A stretch of DNA of 56,006 nucleotides from a virus (Duplodnaviria; Caudoviricetes): positions 1-56,006 of the IMG/VR virus record IMGVR_UViG_3300038856_000078; one strand, written 5' to 3'. Below, piece after piece: positions 10,457-18,886 of the stretch (its first letter is position 1; every line of letters begins with the position of its first letter). The position numbers and the translations under genes were made by a program. The notes under the pieces are model-generated. The model was given only the letters and a program-made list of their open reading frames with translations, searched no databases and had not been told where the DNA came from.

Positions 10457-12414
10457 CCTTTATCCAGCAACCTTACTTTCCTCCCACCTCCACATGGCGA
10501 CCCCCAATCCTCAAAGACCTTCCGAGATGGGAATCGCAACGCCGCGTAGGCCTCGACATCGAGACGTGCGACCCTCTCCTCACGAAGCTGGGGCCTGGGC
10601 CCAGACGAGATGGCCGTATAATCGGCATCTCGTTCTGCTTCGACTCGACTCGGGAGCCATATTACCTGCCCATTGACCACGCCTCGGGCGGTAACCTCCC
10701 GGCCCAGCATGTGTGGTCCTACCTGAAGGACCAGGCGGCGGAGTTCCGTGGCGAAATTGTGGGGGCGAACCTCCAGTATGACCTTGACTTCCTTGAGGAG
10801 GCTGGCCTGACGTGGCGTCCCGAGGTCCGCTTCCGAGACGTGCAGCTCGCGGACCCACTTATCTACGAGCTTCATATGTCGTACTCCCTGGAGAACATCG
10901 CCAAGCGGTGGGAGATTCCGGCCAAGGACGAGGGACGCCTTCGGGACGCGGCTGCCAGGTACGGGCTCGGCAACCACAAAAAAGAGATGTGGAAACTCCC
11001 GGCTCAATTTGTGGGAGAATACGCCGAGCATGACGCGTTGCTGCCGCTCCAACTCCTCGAGCTCCAAGAGAAGGAACTCGCATCGCAGGGCCTCGAGAGG
11101 GTGTGGGACCTCGAGACGGACTGCCTCCCCATTGCTCTCTCGATGCGGCGGCTCGGGGTGCGTATTGATTGGGACAAACTCAAAGAGATTGACGACTGGG
11201 CGTCGGGAATCGAGCGGTCCGAGATGGATAAGGTCCGGGCGTTGACTGGGGTAGAGGTTGGGTTCGGGGACACGTCGAAGTCCGTGCTGCTCGCCAAGTG
11301 TCTCGAGTCGATAGGGGTAGAGGTTCCGATAACGCCATCCACACAGAAGCCTTCGGTCAAGGCTGACTTCCTGCGTGCCAACCCCCATGATGTTACCAAC
11401 GCAATCCTCCGCGCCAAACAATTCGCTAAACTGCGAACTACGTTCTGCAAACAGGTCTGGGCGCAAAGAGTGGGGGACAGGGTTCATTGTACTTTCAACC
11501 AGTTGCGGACCCAGAAGCCGGGACAGGAAGAGTCCATGGGCGCGGCGTTCGGGCGGTGGTCCTCATCGGACTTCAACATCCAGAACCAGCCCATTCGCAA
11601 TCCTGAGTACGGCCAACTGTGGCGCTCAATCTTCATACCGGACGAGGGGAAGGAATGGTGTTGCTGCGATTTCTCAGCACAGGAGCCTCGTCTAACAGTC
11701 CACTTCGCCGCGCTCAACGGGCTGCCCGGAGCGCAGGCCATGGCGGACCGGTACTGCTCTGACCCGACCATTGACCCACACGCAGCCACTGCGGCCATGA
11801 TGTTCGAGGAGTGGGGGTCACTGGAGGAGGGTTCCACAGAGTACAAGGCTAAGCGCGAGCAGGGCAAGACACTGTTCCTCTCGTGGGTCTATGGTAAAGG
11901 CGCGGGGAAGATAGCCCGTGAACTGGGCTATGCTACGGAGTGGAAAGAATTTACTTCACGTAGGACGGGTGATGTGGTAAGATATGAGGCACCCGGCCCA
12001 GAAGGCCAGAAGTTTATAGACAAGTTTAACGCTCGAGTGCCCTTCGTGTCAATACTTTCTAAGGCGCTCAAGGAAATGGCCAAGACTCGTGGCTACGTCC
12101 AGACCATGTCGGGCCGGCGTTGCAGGTTTAGGATGTTTGGAGGAGAGAGGATAGAGACACACAAAGCCCTGAACCGCGTGGTGCAGGGGTCCGCGGGAGA
12201 TCAAATCAAGATGTCGCTGGTGGCGCTGTGGAAGGCAGGGATACATCCCCAGTTGACGGTACATGACGATCAAAGCTTATCCTTAAGTACGGAAGACGAG
12301 ATGCGAGAAGTAGGGCAAATAATGATTGATGCAGTTAAGCTCCGTGTGCCCTCGAAGCTTGATATTGAATACGGGCCTAACTGGGGCGAGTTGAAGAATC
12401 GAGTAGAACTATGA
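10453..12414 (+). CDS. polA: DNA polymerase family A with 3'-5' exonuclease domain
   Basis: Exo I LDIET, Exo II NLQYD, Exo III YAEHD; motif A DFSAQEPR, motif B REQGKTLFLSWVYG, motif C VHDD. Confidence 0.96.
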   Translation: MTFIQQPYFPPTSTWRPPILKDLPRWESQRRVGLDIETCDPLLTKLGPGPRRDGRIIGISFCFDSTREPYYLPIDHASGGNLPAQHVWSYLKDQAAEFRGEIVGANLQYDLDFLEEAGLTWRPEVRFRDVQLADPLIYELHMSYSLENIAKRWEIPAKDEGRLRDAAARYGLGNHKKEMWKLPAQFVGEYAEHDALLPLQLLELQEKELASQGLERVWDLETDCLPIALSMRRLGVRIDWDKLKEIDDWASGIERSEMDKVRALTGVEVGFGDTSKSVLLAKCLESIGVEVPITPSTQKPSVKADFLRANPHDVTNAILRAKQFAKLRTTFCKQVWAQRVGDRVHCTFNQLRTQKPGQEESMGAAFGRWSSSDFNIQNQPIRNPEYGQLWRSIFIPDEGKEWCCCDFSAQEPRLTVHFAALNGLPGAQAMADRYCSDPTIDPHAATAAMMFEEWGSLEEGSTEYKAKREQGKTLFLSWVYGKGAGKIARELGYATEWKEFTSRRTGDVVRYEAPGPEGQKFIDKFNARVPFVSILSKALKEMAKTRGYVQTMSGRRCRFRMFGGERIETHKALNRVVQGSAGDQIKMSLVALWKAGIHPQLTVHDDQSLSLSTEDEMREVGQIMIDAVKLRVPSKLDIEYGPNWGELKNRVEL

Positions 12415-12528
12415 GTAAATGTCCCGTATGCCGCCAGCCTCTTCACACGAGGATTGGAATGCTGTGTTCGTTGTGTTACTTCCGCGCCCTCCAGCGGCGG
12501 ACTCACCAAAGGACTATGAGGAGGAAGC

Positions 12529-12720
12529 GTGGAAGTTGAGCATTACAACCCAGGCCCCTACGAAGCCATCAAGGTGATTCGGGCGTGGGACCTGAACTTT
12601 ACGCTGGGGAACGTCGTGAAGTATGTGTGCAGAGCCGGGAAGAAGGGTGACGCATTGGACGATTTGAAGAAAGCACTGGACTACTTGGAGGAAGAAATTG
12701 AGCATCGAACTAACGTATAA
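12529..12720 (+). CDS. DUF3310 (SaV/T7 gp1.7-like) protein
   Basis: HY...EAIKVI...FTLGNVVKYVCRAGKKG...DDLKKALDYL. Confidence 0.88.
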   Translation: MEVEHYNPGPYEAIKVIRAWDLNFTLGNVVKYVCRAGKKGDALDDLKKALDYLEEEIEHRTNV

Positions 12721-13759
12721 GGGATTCTTCCATCTTCCCGATAGACGAGGCCATCCGAGGGAGGAGAGGTTCGGGCACGGCGGAGACGCTATGTGCTTTT
12801 CGCAGGATGGCACGTTGTTCGTCTCCGGGCACCGACACGCCTTGGTCCCAAACCAAGACTCCATGCCCAGCCACATCAAGCAGCGCGGGGCGCTCGTCGC
12901 GGAGATTACAATTGACGGCGAAGAGGTAGTCCAGGAGTTCTTCGACGTTACACCTGGGAACCTCAGGGAGCAGCGAGGGCAGTACGACCTTGATAGGCTC
13001 GGGGATATTACCCAACTGCCTAACGGCTCCTTGGCCTCGGTCTCGTACCGCTACTATGGCGTCCAGCCTTCTGCAGAGATTGACGACCCGACGTATGGTG
13101 TTATGGGGGAAACCGGCTTGAGTCACATCGGTACTAAGTACTGGCGGCCTTTTAATCAGAAGTTCACGAGCCGATACCTGTTCGAGCACGAGGGTGAGAT
13201 TTTCTGCGGCCGGGGGTGCGGGGCCGGTAATGCGAGTTCCCCAAAAGGTCCTGCCTTGTTCAAGTTCCCGATTGGTTTCCCGCTCGACGCTGAGAAGGTT
13301 ATTGTTCCAGAGTCCACGCCTGAATGGTGGTCGCCCTGCGACGAGTGGACTGGGGCGTGTATGATTCATGGAGAGCCGTGGTTCGTGGCGCGTAAGGACA
13401 TGTTGGCCTCCGAGCCGTGGTATGGGTATCGGGACGCGGACGATGGACGAATTGACCCATGGCACAGAGACAAGGGGTACCACTGCGAAGAGCGTGCCGT
13501 TCAGCTATTCAACTATGACCATGGCTGGGCTACCCTTGACCAGTTCCACCCCGCGTCCTTGGTTCGAGGCATGACAACCGACGGCTCGACTCTCTACATC
13601 TGGGAGCACGGACCGGTGGGCAACGAAGGCGGCTTCTATTCCGGCGAGAACCCCAAGATTCATATGTATGATGTGGGGGAGCCCCCGGTGCTGGAGCCTG
13701 AGCGGAAAGATTTGCCTGAAGAGCTTACAATTAATGGGGAGCTGTACCGAAAAGTATGA
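12698..13759 (+). CDS. Hypothetical 353 aa protein, possibly beta-propeller
   Basis: TTG start after GGAGG; repeats like AMCFSQDGTLFVS and GMTTDGSTLYIW. Confidence 0.6.
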   Translation: MSIELTYKGFFHLPDRRGHPREERFGHGGDAMCFSQDGTLFVSGHRHALVPNQDSMPSHIKQRGALVAEITIDGEEVVQEFFDVTPGNLREQRGQYDLDRLGDITQLPNGSLASVSYRYYGVQPSAEIDDPTYGVMGETGLSHIGTKYWRPFNQKFTSRYLFEHEGEIFCGRGCGAGNASSPKGPALFKFPIGFPLDAEKVIVPESTPEWWSPCDEWTGACMIHGEPWFVARKDMLASEPWYGYRDADDGRIDPWHRDKGYHCEERAVQLFNYDHGWATLDQFHPASLVRGMTTDGSTLYIWEHGPVGNEGGFYSGENPKIHMYDVGEPPVLEPERKDLPEELTINGELYRKV

Positions 13760-14217
13760 GCTCTGAGAAGCAACAACGGCAGCGGATAGTGAAGGCCCTG
13801 AAACCCCTCCATGCATGTAGTGTCGAGAACTCGTGCATGGCGGGGTTTCCTGATGTGGTGTTCATCGGCGGCATGATTGAGGCCAAGTGTCTGGACGCCT
13901 GGCCCAAGCGAAAAGGGGTCGTGCGCCTCAAGCACCACTTCACGCCTCAACAGCGCCTCTTTGCAAGGACGTGGACCAGGAAGGGCGGCTTCCATGCCGT
14001 GTGCCTCCAGGTCGACCAGGACTGGTTCCTGCTGCACGGAGTGGCTGCTGCCGACCACCTTGAGGTTGACTGGACGGAGGAGGACATACGGCGCGAGTGT
14101 TTGTGGTCGTCGTGTCCACTGGACGAGGCGGGGATGCTTGCGTTTTTGAAAATCCACAAAGGCCTTGAACAAGCAAAGAGAGGTGAGTTCAGTGAAAATC
14201 CTCCTCACATTCCCTGA
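13756..14217 (+). CDS. PD-(D/E)xK nuclease (VRR-NUC/Holliday junction resolvase-like)
   Basis: SE...VENSCMAGFPD...IEAK...FTPQQRLF...RKGG. Confidence 0.8.
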   Translation: MSSEKQQRQRIVKALKPLHACSVENSCMAGFPDVVFIGGMIEAKCLDAWPKRKGVVRLKHHFTPQQRLFARTWTRKGGFHAVCLQVDQDWFLLHGVAAADHLEVDWTEEDIRRECLWSSCPLDEAGMLAFLKIHKGLEQAKRGEFSENPPHIP

Positions 14218-14434
14218 CGGCACAGAGACGGAAGCCGAGACCCTCAAGGCTGGCCGCGTTGCGGTGCATGCGGCATTGGGCGGTGAAGGCTACGTCTTAA
14301 CTGACGTGTCCAGCCTCAAGGTCTACTGCTGGATGAAGAAAAAAGGCGAAGCCGTGAAGCTTCGCCGTAGGTTGGAAGACGCGATTGACGCGGGGGAAGA
14401 CTTAGAGGCGCTTCTTTTTACTCCATCTCCTTAA
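14192..14434 (+). CDS. Hypothetical protein, last gene of the replication operon
   Basis: GTG start after GAGGTGA; converges on the - strand operon. Confidence 0.5.
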   Translation: MKILLTFPDGTETEAETLKAGRVAVHAALGGEGYVLTDVSSLKVYCWMKKKGEAVKLRRRLEDAIDAGEDLEALLFTPSP

Positions 14435-14807
14435 TCCATTGTACGATGTGCGTAGCTAACGTCATGTAGTCCTTGGTCTGTTGTTCGGTGGGGGGATTGT
14501 CTTCATAACTTCGAATACTTTCAAGGGTATCACAGCCGCTGCATGACCCATAGTCGACCTTTACGTACCAGTAGGTCGACGGCTGGTAGCCACCAGCGGC
14601 GATGACAAATAGTAGTGTGCCCTGATAGTCGCCGTCATCGATTACGTGGATTCGTTCTGGGTCAATAGAGCAATAGTCATCCTCATCCCTGATTACTGAG
14701 ACGACGTCCTTGACAATGGCTCTGTAGTCGTTGGGGTGCTCCTTGGAATACTTGTCGCGGAGGGTTTCCTTGTTGGCTTCCCACCTTTCGACGAACTCTT
14801 GGATCAT
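14418..14807 (-). CDS. Conserved hypothetical phage protein
   Basis: DDGDYQGTLLF and YGSCSGCD motifs. Confidence 0.7.
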   Translation of the reverse strand: MIQEFVERWEANKETLRDKYSKEHPNDYRAIVKDVVSVIRDEDDYCSIDPERIHVIDDGDYQGTLLFVIAAGGYQPSTYWYVKVDYGSCSGCDTLESIRSYEDNPPTEQQTKDYMTLATHIVQWIKEME

Positions 14808-15334
14808 GAGCGCCTCCTTCGAAGACCAAGAGCCCCCAGGCCCAGGCCCAGTAGAGCGAGGCTGCCGGGCTCGGGGGTGGGGATAGTGTCACCATTAGGG
14901 CGTACAATCAGGAACTCGTCAGTGCTTGCCCACGAGTCGCGACCACCCTTCGCGAAGAAGGTGCCAAGGACGGGTGACCTGTCGGTAAGGAAGCATACAG
15001 AGCTCTCGCAATCTTCGAATTCGAATTTGACGCCGAAGATATCGCCGCCACGAGTCTGAAACCACCTCGGACCCTCGAAGCTTTCTTGGCTTCGAATCGG
15101 AATGTCGCAGTCCTGTGTCACTTCGATAATCAAATGCGACAGCGCAGGGCGCTCCGCGCTTATCGAGTAACAGTACCGCCACAGCTCTCCCTCCTGCTGG
15201 ACGTTCCACGATATGGAAAAATTGTCCCATTCGTTGGTCGTAAGCTGGTTCGCTGAAAGGGAACCCGACAGGTCGATGAATGCTGCGTTCAGATTTACGG
15301 TGACGAAAAGGAGGGGAATTAGACATCGGGACAT
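14804..15334 (-). CDS. PEP-CTERM sorting domain protein (exosortase substrate)
   Basis: N-terminal signal peptide MSRCLIPLLFVTVNLNA; C-terminus TPEPGSLALLGLGLGALGLRRRRS (PEP, TM helix, Arg cluster). Confidence 0.92.
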   Translation of the reverse strand: MSRCLIPLLFVTVNLNAAFIDLSGSLSANQLTTNEWDNFSISWNVQQEGELWRYCYSISAERPALSHLIIEVTQDCDIPIRSQESFEGPRWFQTRGGDIFGVKFEFEDCESSVCFLTDRSPVLGTFFAKGGRDSWASTDEFLIVRPNGDTIPTPEPGSLALLGLGLGALGLRRRRS

Positions 15335-15666
15335 GTTAAACCTTCTTCTTCTGCAAGGGTTTCGAGTTCGGATTTCCATTTAGCAGGGGTGCTGGTGTGG
15401 TCGTCGTGAATATCTTGTAGTGTAGAGAGGAATACTTCGTTTCCCAACTTCTTCTTGATGTCTGGGTATTTCCAAAAAAGCATCTCTACCCCTCCTCGGA
15501 ACTTCTGTCCGGGGTGCCCGTCGGGAATCAAGCAGCCCACGGCACACTTTCGGCCTTCCGAATCGAGGTAACTACAGGCTCCGTATTTCTCGTCGTATGC
15601 TCTCTCCTTCTGAGTCAAGAGGTGCTTGTAGACGCGGTTAAAGATACGCTGTTTCGACATTCCCAT
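15319..15666 (-). CDS. Hypothetical protein, paralog of 27969..28325
   Basis: IF....HLL.Q, C.Y, CAVGCLI and LQDIHD motifs shared with the paralog. Confidence 0.75.
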   Translation of the reverse strand: MGMSKQRIFNRVYKHLLTQKERAYDEKYGACSYLDSEGRKCAVGCLIPDGHPGQKFRGGVEMLFWKYPDIKKKLGNEVFLSTLQDIHDDHTSTPAKWKSELETLAEEEGLTCPDV

Positions 15667-17411
15667 TACGGCATCTCCCAGTTGCCCGGCTCGACCGTCG
15701 TGGTGCCGTCGGCGAAGCGATATCCTCGGTGAAATCCGTCTCCACTACGTCCGTCCCACTTGGCAGCCTGGCGGATAACCTGAGCCTTCCGCTGCTCGAA
15801 ATCCTCGCCGCCGCACTTGGGGCAAATGGCGGGAGGAATATTGGCTCCTGCTCCTCCGACATCGACCTTAGGGACGACGGCCGAGCAGTCCTTGCAGCTC
15901 GTCACGCGGGTCCAGTCGCCGAGCTCGAGCTGAGTGGGCGCGGTGTACCAGTCCTTGGCACCCTGCCAAATGTCGGTGGGGTTCGAGAGGGCGGAGAACA
16001 GGACGAACAGCGCGGCATACTTACCGAAAACCTTGGACTTAGACATAAAAGCTCCTTTCGTTACGTACGGGGCGTCACCAATACTTGTAATATAAGAAGG
16101 GTCGTCTTGTTTATGGCATTTTCCATTGCCGTCGTTGACCCACCAAACTCCTTTGTACTCCTTTGCTTCTGGATGTCTGAATACTGCTCCTACCGGCAAA
16201 TCTTTTGGTGACATTGGGGTCTCCTTCTGGGGGGTGTTAGAAAGTATTTCAATATCCATTCCGGGTTTAATACTACATTCAGCAGCGTTTACTCCATCTT
16301 CTCTTTCACCTTCTGTCCCACAGGCTTTTACTCTCCATACAATATCCGAACCACGATCTCTATCACCCCAGTATTCGGGCATTGTCAAGAAGCGAAACCG
16401 GTCGCCCGGTTTGAGTTTGGGCATGGGGGGCTCCTTTTGAGTTGGGGTTTCAGAATCAAGAATTTCGTAGGTGCAGCCCTCGACGGGCCAGAGAAAACCC
16501 GCCTGGCTTTCGTACCGGGCTTTCCCTTCTTCTCCCATAACAAATGGGATATCAAGACATGTGGGTCTAACACCGTAATCCTCGGGAAAAGTCAAAAAGC
16601 GAAACCGGTCGCCCGGTTTGAGTTTGGGCATGGAGTATTTCCGCCCCGGCTCGTAGTCCTGGCCGGTGGCAGCGCGGAAAGCTTGGCGTACATCCTGTGC
16701 AGTCTGCCAATGATCCATACGAGACTTGATAAGCTCCTGAATGCGCTTTTCTGCGGCTTCTCCTGATTTCTCCGCCTCTTGTCGTGCCTCAACCTCCTTC
16801 TTCCACTGCTTGCAGTTATAATTCAAGTCATGAAGCCTATCTGTGGCAACTGTCTGGAGACGCACAACGTCCTGCTCGGCCTTCTCGCGGGCGGCGCGTT
16901 CGGTGGCGAGCTGCTCTTTCCAAGCAAGCGCTGTCTTAATCGTAACGTCGCAAGTGTCCTGTCCCGCCCCTCCTGTGGCGTGTCTCTGGGCAAAGTCCTG
17001 AAGCTTATCCGCCCACTCTGAGTTGATCTTGAGGAGCCATTTTTGGGTTTCAGATAACCCTTCCTCGGGAGGACGCTCGACAATATACTTCTCGAGACTA
17101 TCGGTGTGGTCGTTGAACCAGTCAGGACTGGAATACGACCACCCTCGAATACCACAGGTTCCCCAGTACAAATAGTGCTTCTCTGGGTCATAGTACTTGG
17201 GCAGCTTGTACCTGTAGTCCCACTCCGTCGCGTCGAGTTCTGAGGGCGGGAGGCGTCCTATGATTGGGAAGCGCCTAAGCCTCGCAGGACCAATTTTGTC
17301 TCCTGGGTTTCGGAATTCCCTCCAGTGTTTTTCGTCTACTACAACAAAAGGGTCAAAATCCTTCACGTTCTGATGTCTGTTGCGAATGGTCCCCGGTGCG
17401 AGTTCTTTCAT
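15666..17411 (-). CDS. Modular hypothetical protein (repeated modules, coiled coil, TM plus CxxC-CxxC C-terminal module)
   Basis: 581 aa; MPKLKPGDRFRFLT occurs twice; shares N- and C-terminal modules with 20010..21350. Confidence 0.75.
   Translation of the reverse strand: MKELAPGTIRNRHQNVKDFDPFVVVDEKHWREFRNPGDKIGPARLRRFPIIGRLPPSELDATEWDYRYKLPKYYDPEKHYLYWGTCGIRGWSYSSPDWFNDHTDSLEKYIVERPPEEGLSETQKWLLKINSEWADKLQDFAQRHATGGAGQDTCDVTIKTALAWKEQLATERAAREKAEQDVVRLQTVATDRLHDLNYNCKQWKKEVEARQEAEKSGEAAEKRIQELIKSRMDHWQTAQDVRQAFRAATGQDYEPGRKYSMPKLKPGDRFRFLTFPEDYGVRPTCLDIPFVMGEEGKARYESQAGFLWPVEGCTYEILDSETPTQKEPPMPKLKPGDRFRFLTMPEYWGDRDRGSDIVWRVKACGTEGEREDGVNAAECSIKPGMDIEILSNTPQKETPMSPKDLPVGAVFRHPEAKEYKGVWWVNDGNGKCHKQDDPSYITSIGDAPYVTKGAFMSKSKVFGKYAALFVLFSALSNPTDIWQGAKDWYTAPTQLELGDWTRVTSCKDCSAVVPKVDVGGAGANIPPAICPKCGGEDFEQRKAQVIRQAAKWDGRSGDGFHRGYRFADGTTTVEPGNWEMP
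16384..16633. repeat. 43 bp direct repeat (16384-16426 and 16591-16633, 1 mismatch)
   Basis: gtcaa(g/a)aagcgaaaccggtcgcccggtttgagtttgggcatgg seen twice. Confidence 0.9.
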
Positions 17412-18205
17412 TTCTCAATAAATCCTTTCTTGGAGTACCCCAGGCGCTCGGCCCAGGCTTTGAGGGGTGGAATCATTGCATCCCATGTTAGCACGTCAGG
17501 TCCCTTGTGTTTAGTCTTATTCCTGTGTGCTTTGCGGGCCGAGGAAAGGCCAGCAGGGCTAATCCCCCGCTTCCCGAAGTAGTCCAGCACCTTCATCTGG
17601 TCCGCGAGGCTCTCGATTCGCCACACTATCTCAGGTTTCATGACCGTCATGTTGAGCTCAAACTGCGTCAAGACGTCGCGCTGCAGGCCCAGTATTTCGT
17701 CAGGTCGGCGGTCCGGGGCTTTGGCGAAATAGTACCGAGAATTTACAAGGTCGACCGGGTGCCGCACAACTGTCAGGTAGCGAACCGGTGTTCCCTTTAT
17801 CGAGGAGAGCCACGGCGGCAAGCCTCCAGATACCTCAACGTCGTACTGAGTCCCAATCATGGAGCCGAAGTAGAAAATCCCGTCATAGGAGAAAACCTGC
17901 TCATGCCCAGCTCGAACGCCGCACTTCTTAAGGAAGTTAGTTGCATATGACGTGCCACCTTTATACAGACCAGAAACAAGCGTCACATACTCCGAGAGAT
18001 AGGATAGGACATTACTCCAAGTCTGGATTCGACGGTTGTCTGATATAGCTCGAAGCTTCAAGACGAGCTCTTTCGCAACCTCGAACTTCTCATCTGAGAT
18101 AGGTGGAGGGTTAGGGTTCTGCTCCGATTCAATCGTGAACGAATACCTTACGAAGTCCACGATTTCGGGGTCAGAACCCATGTCAACGCGGAAGACGTGA
18201 CTCAT
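17408..18205 (-). CDS. Sulfotransferase-fold (P-loop) protein
   Basis: VSGLYKGGTSY (5'-PSB-like), GHEQVF, VVRHPVDLVNS (3'-PB-like), WRIE. Confidence 0.7.
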   Translation of the reverse strand: MSHVFRVDMGSDPEIVDFVRYSFTIESEQNPNPPPISDEKFEVAKELVLKLRAISDNRRIQTWSNVLSYLSEYVTLVSGLYKGGTSYATNFLKKCGVRAGHEQVFSYDGIFYFGSMIGTQYDVEVSGGLPPWLSSIKGTPVRYLTVVRHPVDLVNSRYYFAKAPDRRPDEILGLQRDVLTQFELNMTVMKPEIVWRIESLADQMKVLDYFGKRGISPAGLSSARKAHRNKTKHKGPDVLTWDAMIPPLKAWAERLGYSKKGFIEK

Positions 18206-18206
18206 T

Positions 18207-18713
18207 TCATACCTCGTTTCCATGCGCGTCCCACCCCTCCACGCGCTCTCTGGCGAAAAGTTCAATCTTCGAGGCTTTGGGGAACCAGATCTCAATCATT
18301 AGCCTAACAATATCGGGTTTCTTTGAGTGCATACCACGCGCCTCAGATAGAACAGAACTTGTACGCTTATCTGTAGGAGGAGGGCTAAACTTCCCATTCA
18401 CCCCGACCAGAAGCAGTTCGTGCTGACCGCGAAACCAATAACCCATCCCCATTATCTGTTTGTCCCACACCGCGTTGGTCTTGTAGGTGAAGCCCCAGGC
18501 TTTCATGACCTCCAGCGCCTCAGGGAGCTTCGGGGCTGTGGCCCAGAGGTAGAGGACAGCGTTGTCCTTGGCGGGTATCTCCATGTCGCAGATTTCCCGC
18601 AAGGACATGGTGGGGTACTGGTTCTCAATCTTGCGCGACTTCGACTTGGAGAAGGAGTATCTCCAGGGCGGATCTGCCAGAATAACATCATAAAGCTTGT
18701 CGGATATCTTCAT
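18207..18713 (-). CDS. MT-A70 family N6-adenine DNA methyltransferase
   Basis: ADPPW, YPTM, LYLWAT, WGF.YKT..VWDK, GMGYWFRGQHELLL, HSKKP, IELFAR. Confidence 0.93.
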   Translation of the reverse strand: MKISDKLYDVILADPPWRYSFSKSKSRKIENQYPTMSLREICDMEIPAKDNAVLYLWATAPKLPEALEVMKAWGFTYKTNAVWDKQIMGMGYWFRGQHELLLVGVNGKFSPPPTDKRTSSVLSEARGMHSKKPDIVRLMIEIWFPKASKIELFARERVEGWDAHGNEV

Positions 18714-18886
18714 AGTCCTCAATCTCGTGCTGCCTAACCTTTAAAAGGGAAGATCATTGAGCCAAGCCACCCAATAACGAGTGCAACAAACGCCCATGGT
18801 AATGTGATAAGAATTGGTATAACAACAAGAGCGAGAACGACCGCTGACGACCCAGCATAGAATTTTGTGATAGACTTTATCATATA

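Noticed and set aside
6842-12414. Complete 2-aminoadenine (Z-genome) pathway
   Set aside because: No PurZ/adenylosuccinate synthetase-like ORF in the window; HD and MazG-like genes alone are insufficient.
16384-16633. Diversity-generating retroelement TR/VR pair or CRISPR repeat
   Set aside because: Two copies of 43 bp within one frame, one mismatch, no reverse transcriptase or cas genes.
15666-17411. Stop-codon reassignment as the cause of the fused modules
   Set aside because: No stop codons lie inside the ORF, and TAA, TAG and TGA all terminate well-supported genes elsewhere.
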